From: a bacterium
GTDB taxonomy: Bacteria > UBP14 > UBA6098 > B30-G16
Direction of reading: 5' to 3'
DNA: 39,310 bases
Assembly (NCBI GenBank): GCA_021161555.1
Contig: JAGHAI010000108.1
Coordinates: forward strand, 1-39,310
In this document: one piece after another, positions 17,698 to 25,710 of the stretch
How positions within the stretch are numbered: the first letter of the stretch is position 1
How the letters are laid out: each line of letters begins with the position of its first letter
Program-made: the position numbers and the translations under genes
Notes under the pieces: generated by a model
The model's database searches: none
What the model was told of the DNA's origin: nothing
Seen by the model: the letters and a program-made list of their open reading frames with translations, nothing else

Positions 17698-17908
17698 ATA
17701 TTTCAACCTCCTCCACTGCTCGCTCTATTGGAACATCCTCGCCGAGCTGTTTTCGAGCCTCGATGTGAAGACGAATAGCGTCCTGAATATTCATAAGCGC
17801 TTCCTCATAACTTTTGCCCTGACTATAACATCCTTGCAAGGCGGGAACTTCGGCGATATAATCGCCATCCTCATCCTGCTCGATTATCACGGTATATCTA
17901 TAACGCAT
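17675..17908 (-). CDS. hicB: Short HicB-family antitoxin without a DNA-binding domain
   Basis: YTVIIEQDEDGDYIAEVPALQGCYSQGKSYEEALMNIQDAI; lies upstream of and overlaps hicA. Confidence 0.92.
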   Translation of the reverse strand: MRYRYTVIIEQDEDGDYIAEVPALQGCYSQGKSYEEALMNIQDAIRLHIEARKQLGEDVPIERAVEEVEIYEPTASS

Positions 17909-17957
17909 TATGGGAACTCCTTGTTTTTCCCGATTAAAATATATACAGTAAAAAATT

Positions 17958-18056
17958 TTATGTAAATATCAACTTTTCCCTATGTTTTGGAATCGGGCGC
18001 TCGGGTTTTCTTGCCGTTTCAAGCCGTTCCTCAAAAATTATTTCATATTTGTTTAC
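17958..18056 (-). pseudogene. Internally deleted HicB-family relic
   Basis: After a GGAGG SD, reads (V)NKYEII-FEERLETARKPERPIPKHREKLIFT*, the N- and C-termini of short HicB proteins with the core missing; start codon position is GTA. Confidence 0.65.
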
Positions 18057-18131
18057 TTTATCCTCCCGAGTTTATATTTCAAAATCGCATTGCGAATCTG
18101 CTTTACCCGATAAGGAATTTTAAAAAGTTTT

Positions 18132-18797
18132 TCAGTCGCTGATTTTGGCGGAAATTACAGAATAGAAATGCTGCATCCTAACCGTTGAAGAGCTTGACGG
18201 CATTCTATACAGCAGATGAAAATCGATGATGTCGGTTTCGCCAGCGTCCCAGGTGCTATCGCCGAGGGCAGATGGGTCTTCCGCATAAAGATTTTCAAAT
18301 TCGTCTGTCGTGCCGATGTCTTCCGGGAGAACAGTCCAATCGGCAGCGGGGTCCGTGGAAAGTGTTGGGTCTGCGGATTCAAAGGCATAAGAACCAACAA
18401 GTGTGTCAACGCCCCGACAGAGAGTATCGGAAAAGTCAGAATGCACCCAATCGGGTCCGCTCAAACTCTCGTTGAAAAAGGCATTTATGTCGAGAGTAAT
18501 TCCGCCGGTGTTTTCAATCCAGAATATATGGTGAATTTTGTCGCAGGGCATAACTGGTGCAGTGGCGGAATCGAGCGATGCGGAAAAAGTGTCTGCGTCG
18601 AGGGAAAACGAGAGCGGCGGAGTTGTATTTTCCACGCCCGTGCCGCCTTCGTTGCATATCCACGAAGCACCAATCATACGAACAGAAAGAATTATATATA
18701 CAGTATCTGGCGAAGAAGAACTCGTCCAATCCTGCCCAAAAGAAAGCATAACAATGCCGAGAATAACAATAAATGTAATGTATGTTTCTTTCTTCAT
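18132..18797 (-). CDS. Secreted acidic beta-rich hypothetical protein; apparent paralog of 6..722
   Basis: Signal peptide MKKETY..LSFG; IENTGGITLD motif; upstream TTGCAG-16-TATACT promoter-like site. Confidence 0.8.
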   Translation of the reverse strand: MKKETYITFIVILGIVMLSFGQDWTSSSSPDTVYIILSVRMIGASWICNEGGTGVENTTPPLSFSLDADTFSASLDSATAPVMPCDKIHHIFWIENTGGITLDINAFFNESLSGPDWVHSDFSDTLCRGVDTLVGSYAFESADPTLSTDPAADWTVLPEDIGTTDEFENLYAEDPSALGDSTWDAGETDIIDFHLLYRMPSSSSTVRMQHFYSVISAKISD

Positions 18798-18961
18798 CGC
18801 TTAATAAATATTTTTTTTAGTATATATAAAAATAAAATTTCTGCAAGAAATCTTTTTAATTAAAAAGTGAATTTGAAATTATCTTATAAATTCCCCAGAA
18901 AAGAGGGGCAAAGGATTAGGGGATTCATTTTGTATTGTTTAATTTGCATTTTGCATTCTGC

Positions 18962-20389
18962 CTATTCTTCCTCATAGTGCACGACGAATGCTTTTAGATA
19001 AGTCATATGTTCTACGGCGAATTTTGGACCTTCGCGTCCCATACCGCTGTCCTTAATTCCGCCATAGGGCATAACATCGGCGCGGAATGTTGGCACATCG
19101 TTTACGATGACGCCGCCCACATTGATTTCCTGAAATGCCTTTCTGGCAGCCCTGATGTCGGCGGTGAAAATGCCTGCCTGCAATCCATATCTGCTGTCGT
19201 TGACCATCGCAATAGCCTCGTTGATGTCAACCACAGGGTTTACAACCACAAGCGGAGCAAAGGCTTCCTTCTGAATCACATCGGCGTTCTGCGGAACATT
19301 TGTAAGCACGGTTGGTTCGAACAGCGTTCCGTTTCTCTTTCCGCCACACAGCACATTTCCGCCCTTTGAAACTGCATCGGCTATCAGTCCTTCGATGCGA
19401 ACGGCATCCTTTTCCGAAATCACAGGACCGACATCGGTATTTTCCTGCAGCGGGTCTCCCAGTCTCAGCTTTGTTGACGCACTGACGATGTGTTCAACCA
19501 GTGTGTCGAAAATTGTCTCCTCAACATAAACTCTCTGAACGGATATGCAGACCTGCCCAGCCAGAGCCATTGCTCCGAGAACAATTCTATCTGCTGCTCG
19601 CAGCAGGTCGGCGTCCGCGAGGACGATTGCTGCGGAGTTTGAGCCGAGTTCCATAGCGATGTGCTTCATCCCGACCTTCGCGGCGAGTTTCTTGCCCACT
19701 TCTGCGCTTCCTGTGAATGTCACCACCTTTATTCTGTCGTCAGCCGCAATCGGCTCGGCAATTTTTGCACCACTTCCAGGAAGGACTGATACGGCATCGG
19801 CGGGATACCCGGCATCGAGGATGAGTTTGCCGAGCATAAGTCCTGTTATTGGCGTTGCGGAAGCGGGTTTCAGTATAAATGGATTACCTACGGATATGGC
19901 GGGCGCTATTTTGTGCATAGCAAGATTGAGCGGGAAATTAAAAGGCGTAATTGCAAGCACCGGTCCTGCGGGAAATCTCTGATAGAACCCCCATTTTTTT
20001 GCGCCGTTTGGTGCTATATCGTAGGGCAACACCTCTCCGATGGGTTCTCGTGTTAGAGCGGCGGCGAGTGCAAGGGTTTCCTGCGCCCTGCTGACCTCTC
20101 CTCGCGCTTCCCTTATCGTCTTGCCCATTTCAAGGGAAATTGTCCGCGCAAAGTCTTCCGCTCGCTGCGTGAGAAGATTTTTTGCGCGAAGCAAAATATC
20201 CTCGCGATGTCTCGCACAGAGATGGGATGTTTCGTCGAAAGAAAATTCTGCTCTGGATATAGCTTCTTCCACTATTTCCTCAGTCGCAGCACTGACGCGA
20301 CCAACAATCGAACCATCATAAGGCGAATGAATTTCAAATTTCTCATCGCTGTATATCTCCTTACCGCCCGCAATTAAAGGATAATCCAT
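18962..20389 (-). CDS. Non-acylating NAD(P)-dependent aldehyde dehydrogenase (lactaldehyde dehydrogenase/GapN-like)
   Basis: ITPFNFP, FTGS, MELGSN, GQVCIS, EAFAP, PYGGIKDSG. Confidence 0.93.
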   Translation of the reverse strand: MDYPLIAGGKEIYSDEKFEIHSPYDGSIVGRVSAATEEIVEEAISRAEFSFDETSHLCARHREDILLRAKNLLTQRAEDFARTISLEMGKTIREARGEVSRAQETLALAAALTREPIGEVLPYDIAPNGAKKWGFYQRFPAGPVLAITPFNFPLNLAMHKIAPAISVGNPFILKPASATPITGLMLGKLILDAGYPADAVSVLPGSGAKIAEPIAADDRIKVVTFTGSAEVGKKLAAKVGMKHIAMELGSNSAAIVLADADLLRAADRIVLGAMALAGQVCISVQRVYVEETIFDTLVEHIVSASTKLRLGDPLQENTDVGPVISEKDAVRIEGLIADAVSKGGNVLCGGKRNGTLFEPTVLTNVPQNADVIQKEAFAPLVVVNPVVDINEAIAMVNDSRYGLQAGIFTADIRAARKAFQEINVGGVIVNDVPTFRADVMPYGGIKDSGMGREGPKFAVEHMTYLKAFVVHYEEE

Positions 20390-20497
20390 AGCAAAACCCC
20401 CTTGTTAAGAAATTATTTTTAGACAACCAATAAAATAAAGATTATACCTTGACAACGAAAATATTTTTATAAATTTTTAAAAAATAAGGAGGGAAGT

Positions 20498-20884
20498 ATG
20501 AATATTGGGGTTGTTTTAATTGCTCTTTCTGTTCTCATTATGGCGTGGGCGCTGGAACGCATCTTCACGAAGATACAGACTGTTGAAAGGCACATTATTG
20601 GTCTGCGGAAACGAATAAAGACTATCGAAAAGCGCGTTATGAGAGGAAACATATCGACGGCAAAATCTTCAACGGCGACCAGAACTATCGGGTTTGCTCC
20701 GCAGAACACAAATCCGAAGCCCAAACAAAAATCTATGCCCACCGAAACTGTCTGCTCGTTCTGCGGAACAAAATACAGTATGGAACTGGATAAATGCCCA
20801 AAATGCAATCATATTAACATAGAAAAATACAGGGTGAGAAGAAATACATCTTCAAAAGATGCTGACGAAGACCTCGATATTTAA
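20498..20884 (+). CDS. Membrane-anchored protein with coiled coil and C-terminal zinc ribbon
   Basis: N-terminal TM helix, CSFC..CPKC; AGGAGG SD; TTGACA at 20449. Confidence 0.75.
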   Translation: MNIGVVLIALSVLIMAWALERIFTKIQTVERHIIGLRKRIKTIEKRVMRGNISTAKSSTATRTIGFAPQNTNPKPKQKSMPTETVCSFCGTKYSMELDKCPKCNHINIEKYRVRRNTSSKDADEDLDI

Positions 20885-21174
20885 TTTTTGCGGTAGATTG
20901 TCTTATCTCCCATAATAATCTCGTCGATTATCGCCACAATTGATGTGTCAACAGGTCGATTTTTCAATCCGCTCGCCGTTCTGGCGGAACTTCCACGAAC
21001 TATTAAGACGATATCTCCAATGCCAGCGTCAACGATATCGACGCCGACCAATTTCAATCCTTTTGGCGTTAAGTCCTCTGGATTCAGTGCTTCAAGAGTT
21101 AGAAGTTTAAAACCCTTTATCAGTTCGTCCTTTCTTGTGGAAACGACAGTGCCGACCACCCTTGCTATTTCCAT
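20881..21174 (-). CDS. EutN/CcmL family microcompartment vertex (BMC-P) protein
   Basis: MEIARVVGTVVSTRK, VDAGIGDIVLIVRGSSAR, PVDTSIVAIID. Confidence 0.95.
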   Translation of the reverse strand: MEIARVVGTVVSTRKDELIKGFKLLTLEALNPEDLTPKGLKLVGVDIVDAGIGDIVLIVRGSSARTASGLKNRPVDTSIVAIIDEIIMGDKTIYRKN

Positions 21175-21211
21175 CTTTATCCCCTAATAATGTGTCGTGT
21201 CAACATAATTT

Positions 21212-22432
21212 TTACTTCTTATTTGGATATAACCCTCTGTCTTCTGCAAGAGGCTTTTCTTTCTTTTCATCGGAGAAATCTTCCGTGATTTCGTCTTTCT
21301 TCTTTTTCTTATCGTCTTCGCTTTCGATTTCAAATTCCTTCCATCCCTTATCGGAGCTTCCAACTATTCCAGCGACGCGAAGTTTGAAGTCGTCGGGATT
21401 GGAAGCGTGTGTTAGAGCAGTTTCGAGCGAAATCATCCCCCTTCTGTAGAAGTAGAACAGCGATTGGTCAATCGTCTGCATACCATACTGCACAGTTCCC
21501 TGCGAAATCAAATCCTTTACCGATGCAGTTTTTTCGGGGGTTACGATGCACTCGCGCACAGCTCCTGTGCCGACGAGGACTTCCACAGCGGGAACACGAC
21601 CTGGCTTGTCCGAACGATGGACGAGCCTCTGCGAAATCACAGCCTGAAGCGTGGATGCAAGAACCAATCTGATTTCCTGATGCTGATGAGGCGGGAAAAA
21701 CGAAAGAATTCGATATATCGTCTGCAGTGCGTCAAGCGTGTGCAGAGTGGAAAGGACAAGGTGTCCTGTGTCCGCTGCCTGAAGTGCGATTTGCATAGTG
21801 TCCATATCTCGTATCTCGCCCACCAGTATCACATCGGGGTCCTGTCTCATAGCACGGCGGAGAGATTCCGAGAAGGAAAATGTATCTATTCCGATTTCCC
21901 GTTGAGCAATTATGCTCTTCTTGTTCGTGTGAAGATACTCGATTGGGTCTTCGATGGTTATGATGTTCTCCGCGCGGGTTCTGTTTATGTAATCTATCAT
22001 AGAAGCCAGCGTCGTCGATTTTCCGGAGCCAGTTACACCAGTGACCAAAACTAATCCGCGTCGTTTTTCGGATATTCTGCGGACAATTGCGGGAAGATTC
22101 AGTTCCTCAAATCCGGGAATTTTTGTGTTAATCAGCCTGAATGCGGCGGCAAAAGTTTCCCGCTGGTGAAAGAGATTGACGCGAAATCTCTCCCCCGACT
22201 GCAACTGCAGCGCAAAGTCCAGCTCGAGTTCCCTGTCGAAGCGCTCGCGCTGTGATACTGTTAAAGTATGGTGCAGGATGTCCTCCATATCCTGCTGTTC
22301 TATGGGTGGGATTCCCTTCGCCCGTTTGAGCTCGCCGTGTATTCTGAAGACCGGTGGAACGCCGACACGAAGGTGCATATCCGATGCGGGAAGCTGCGGC
22401 ATTTGTTTTAACAAAGCAGTTATATCAATCAT
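21212..22432 (-). CDS. pilT: PilT/PilU family type IV pilus retraction ATPase
   Basis: SDMHLRVGVPP, GVTGSGKST, TIEDPIE, RQDPDVILVGEIRD, TGHLVLSTLHT; charged C-terminal tail. Confidence 0.92.
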   Translation of the reverse strand: MIDITALLKQMPQLPASDMHLRVGVPPVFRIHGELKRAKGIPPIEQQDMEDILHHTLTVSQRERFDRELELDFALQLQSGERFRVNLFHQRETFAAAFRLINTKIPGFEELNLPAIVRRISEKRRGLVLVTGVTGSGKSTTLASMIDYINRTRAENIITIEDPIEYLHTNKKSIIAQREIGIDTFSFSESLRRAMRQDPDVILVGEIRDMDTMQIALQAADTGHLVLSTLHTLDALQTIYRILSFFPPHQHQEIRLVLASTLQAVISQRLVHRSDKPGRVPAVEVLVGTGAVRECIVTPEKTASVKDLISQGTVQYGMQTIDQSLFYFYRRGMISLETALTHASNPDDFKLRVAGIVGSSDKGWKEFEIESEDDKKKKKDEITEDFSDEKKEKPLAEDRGLYPNKK

Positions 22433-22512
22433 ATTTTACTCCTTGAAATCTCCTGCTGACTTTTAAACATCACAAAGTTAAAAAGCAGCATATTATTTCA
22501 GATTTACATATT

Positions 22513-23028
22513 TCATTCGGGTTCAAGAAGGAACAACACCTGCCCGAACTCCACAGGTGACGCATCTTCAACTGATATTTTAACAATTTTGCCCGAAACT
22601 TCCGATTTCACTTCGTTGAAGAGTTTCATTGCTTCTATAAGGCACACCACCTGTCCCTTTGATATGTGGTCGCCAACTTCCACATAAGGCGGAGAATCTG
22701 GCGACGGCTTGCGATAGAATGTTCCAACCATCGGTGCTTTTATGGAAATGTATCTGTCTTCATCTTCAACTTTCTTCTCAGCGGGAATTTCTTCCTTTGG
22801 TGGTTCTTTTTCCTGCGGAACAGGAGTGCTTTGCTGTGCAGCTGGTTGAATTGGCGGCGAAGGCGGCGCAACTGTGGAAGTCACAACACCATTACTCTGA
22901 ACAGGAACTACACCAGAACTGCTCTTCCTGATAATGACCTTTCGACCGCCGAAATAATGGACTTCAAGCTCCGCTATATCGCTCGTTTCCACAAGCTCTA
23001 TCAGCTCTTTTATCTTGCTTCGATTCAT
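22513..23028 (-). CDS. accB: Biotin carboxyl carrier protein
   Basis: APMVGTFY, IEAMKLFNE, Pro/Ala linker; GAGGAG SD supports ATG 23028. Confidence 0.96.
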   Translation of the reverse strand: MNRSKIKELIELVETSDIAELEVHYFGGRKVIIRKSSSGVVPVQSNGVVTSTVAPPSPPIQPAAQQSTPVPQEKEPPKEEIPAEKKVEDEDRYISIKAPMVGTFYRKPSPDSPPYVEVGDHISKGQVVCLIEAMKLFNEVKSEVSGKIVKISVEDASPVEFGQVLFLLEPE

Positions 23029-23065
23029 AATTTTCTCCTCATTTGAAGAATTATATATCTTAGAA

Positions 23066-23092
23066 ATTATAATCATATAACATTGGTGTCAA
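23066..23092 (-). promoter_or_regulatory. accB promoter
   Basis: Minus strand TTGACA-15 nt-TATAAT. Confidence 0.6.
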
Positions 23093-23325
23093 GAAATAAT
23101 GTCCACAGGGAGTCTGAAACTAATTCCTCATAGTTTTGAAATAATAATCTTAAGAACCTGGCTTTTCGATTTCCCGATGAGGCAAAGCAGATTTTTTCTT
23201 ATATGAAAAACAAATAATTTTGATTATGCTAAAAAAATTGTTGCACAAAAAAGCAAATTTCTATATAAATTATAAAAATCCTTCAGAGGTTTTACATAAA
23301 TCTGAAATTTGAAAGGAGGCGTGTC

Positions 23326-23583
23326 GTGGAAGACGCTTTGAATGTGCTTGTTGAGCGAATAGGTAAGCTTCTTGAACGCTACGAAAAAGTTAATGCCGAA
23401 AAAAAGCAGTTGCTTGAAGCAAATTCGGCTCTTGAAGAAAGAGTTAAGGAACTTCAGGAACGAATTGATGTTCTGGAGCGAGAAGCCGAAGAATTGAGAA
23501 ATAAAACAAAGGGGAGTGAAGTAGCGCAGGAAAAACTCGATTCTCTGCTATCTCGAATAAACGAAGCAATAGGTTCGGAATAA
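23326..23583 (+). CDS. zapB: ZapB-like coiled-coil cell division protein
   Basis: All coiled coil, 85 aa, AGGAGG SD, directly upstream of zapA. Confidence 0.7.
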   Translation: MEDALNVLVERIGKLLERYEKVNAEKKQLLEANSALEERVKELQERIDVLEREAEELRNKTKGSEVAQEKLDSLLSRINEAIGSE

Positions 23584-23611
23584 ATTTTTTAACGGGGGAA
23601 ATCAGGGACTT

Positions 23612-23905
23612 ATGGCAGAATCTGAAAAAATCGCAATTCCCGTAAAAATATTCAATCAAGAACTGCGAATACGCACTGACGAGCCACCTGAATATGTCAG
23701 AGAAGTGGCGAGGTATCTCGATTCCAAGATATTCGAAGTGGTCAATAGTGCAAGTGCAACATCGCCTACGAAAGCTGTGATTCTCGCAGCATTGAATATC
23801 ACTGATGAACTGTTTCGTGAACGGGAAAAATATAGGGAACTCTTTGAAAAAGTGAAAAGCCAGACCGAAATTATCGGCCAGAAGCTTGCTGAAATTGAGG
23901 CTTAA
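23612..23905 (+). CDS. zapA: Cell division protein ZapA
   Basis: VKIFNQEL..EVARYLD..AVILAALNITDELF. Confidence 0.93.
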   Translation: MAESEKIAIPVKIFNQELRIRTDEPPEYVREVARYLDSKIFEVVNSASATSPTKAVILAALNITDELFREREKYRELFEKVKSQTEIIGQKLAEIEA

Positions 23906-23999
23906 CATTCGCTAAATTAGACTTTTTCAGGAGTTCCGCTCGCAAAATTCTTCTCCAATATGTCCCTTGCTCCTCCAATATATACGGAGGTGGTGAGAT

Positions 24000-25568
24000 A
24001 TGTATTTGTCCACAGTCACTCTAATACTTGTTTTCGTGGCGCTTGGGGTTGTTGGCTTTGTCGTGGGGTTTTTCGTCAGCAAAATTCTTCTCAAAAGAAC
24101 CATAAAGGAAGCCCGAACGCACGCCGAAAAAATCATTGCCGAAGCTGAAAAGGAAATCGAAATCAGGCGCAGCAAAATGGAACTCGAGCTCGAGAAGGAG
24201 CGAAATCGACAGAGAAGCGACTTCGATAGGATGACGCGGTCAAAGCGAAACGAGCTTAACAAGCTTGAAAAACGACTTGAAGAACAGCGCGAATCGATAG
24301 AAAGTCGGGCGGATTTCATAAGGCGTCGCGAGAGAGAGCTGTCCAATTTTGAAAAGCAACTTACTTCAAAGCAAAAGTCATTATCCCTGAAGGAAAAAGA
24401 GCTTCAGGAAGTGCTTCATCGTGAGAATGAGAAGCTTGAACGCATTGCGGGAATGACGCAGGAAGAAGCGAAGCGTGTTTTGATGGAAAATCTTGAGGCG
24501 GAAGCGCGGGCAGAAGCGGCGCAGAGAATCAAGCAGATTAAAGAAGAGGCGGAGATGAAGGCGGAGCGCGAGGCGAGGGAAGTGATAGTTTCCGCAATTC
24601 AAAGATGTGCCGCAGAGACAACAGTGGAATCGACGGTATCCGTTGTATCGCTGCCGTCGGATGAGATTAAGGGAAGGATAATCGGACGGGAAGGAAGAAA
24701 CATCCGCGCTTTTGAAACCGTCACAGGTGTCGATGTCATCGTCGATGATACGCCAGAAGCGATAATTCTTTCGGGATATGACCCTATCAGGCGGGAAGTG
24801 GCTCGCATCGCTATGGAAAAACTGATTATGGACGGCAGAATTCACCCCGCGCGAATCGAAGAAGTCGTGGCGAAAGCCGAAAAGGAAATCGAAAACATTT
24901 TTAAGGAAACAGGTGAGCAAATCTGCTTCGAACTCGGGATACACGACCTGCATCCCGAACTCGTCAAACTCATCGGACGGTTGAAATACAGAACCAGCTA
25001 CGGGCAAAATGTCCTCCAGCACTCGAAGGAAGTGGCATACCTCGCCGGATATATGGCATCTGAACTCGACCTCGACCCCAAAATTGCAAAAAGATGCGGC
25101 TTGCTCCACGACATCGGCAAGGCAATAGACAAGGGACAGGAAGGAACTCACACGGAACTTGGCTATCAAATAGCGAAGAAATACGGCGAGAAAGAAATCG
25201 TTCTCAATGCGATACAGGCGCATCACGAGGATGTGGAAATCACATCGCCATACACGGTTCTGGTGCAGGCGGCAGATGCCGTATCCGGAGCAAGACCAGG
25301 AGCGAGAAGGGAGACTCTTGAAAATTATATCAAGAGGCTGCAGCGCCTTGAAGAACTTGCAGATTCCTTTCCAGGCGTCGGAAAGACATACGCAATTCAA
25401 GCTGGAAGGGAAATCCGCGTCATTGTCGAACCCACCAAGGTCGATGACAGACAATCAGAAATTCTTGCCGCCGAAATTTCTCAGAAAATCCAGAGCGAAA
25501 TGGAATACCCGGGGCAGATAAAAGTCGTCGTAATAAGGGAAACTCGAGCGGTGGACTATGCTAAATAA
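24000..25568 (+). CDS. rny: Ribonuclease Y
   Basis: N-terminal TM, coiled coil, KH (KGRIIGREGRNIR), HD (GLLHDIGK), SGARPGAR. Confidence 0.98.
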   Translation: MYLSTVTLILVFVALGVVGFVVGFFVSKILLKRTIKEARTHAEKIIAEAEKEIEIRRSKMELELEKERNRQRSDFDRMTRSKRNELNKLEKRLEEQRESIESRADFIRRRERELSNFEKQLTSKQKSLSLKEKELQEVLHRENEKLERIAGMTQEEAKRVLMENLEAEARAEAAQRIKQIKEEAEMKAEREAREVIVSAIQRCAAETTVESTVSVVSLPSDEIKGRIIGREGRNIRAFETVTGVDVIVDDTPEAIILSGYDPIRREVARIAMEKLIMDGRIHPARIEEVVAKAEKEIENIFKETGEQICFELGIHDLHPELVKLIGRLKYRTSYGQNVLQHSKEVAYLAGYMASELDLDPKIAKRCGLLHDIGKAIDKGQEGTHTELGYQIAKKYGEKEIVLNAIQAHHEDVEITSPYTVLVQAADAVSGARPGARRETLENYIKRLQRLEELADSFPGVGKTYAIQAGREIRVIVEPTKVDDRQSEILAAEISQKIQSEMEYPGQIKVVVIRETRAVDYAK

Positions 25569-25599
25569 TGCTCGTCGAAAATCTTAATTCAGTTTGTGT

Positions 25600-25631
25600 T
25601 GCTCCCGAATTTTTTCGGGAGCATTTTTTTT
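25600..25631 (+). terminator. Intrinsic terminator after rny
   Basis: TGCTCCCGAA-TTTT-TTCGGGAGCA then T8. Confidence 0.85.
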
Positions 25632-25710
25632 GCGACAGCAGAAATATTGTTGTTAAGATAGTTTTTTGGACTAAATTATTAAATTGAAGGCAAAATTTGA
25701 GAGGTGCATA

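Noticed and set aside
18962-21174. Aldehyde dehydrogenase plus EutN as a metabolosome locus
   Set aside because: The ALDH has non-acylating family motifs, not EutE/PduP type, shows no encapsulation-peptide extension, and is separated from eutN by an opposite-strand gene.
23100-23200. GGGAGTCTGAAACTAATT as a second IS end
   Set aside because: Only GGGAGT is shared with the 39185 end; no partner IR or transposase remnant found.
24381-25454. Long antisense ORFs (also 3651..4409, 33780..34694, 29160..29825, 18216..18863)
   Set aside because: They shadow well-supported genes on the opposite strand and have no motifs of their own.
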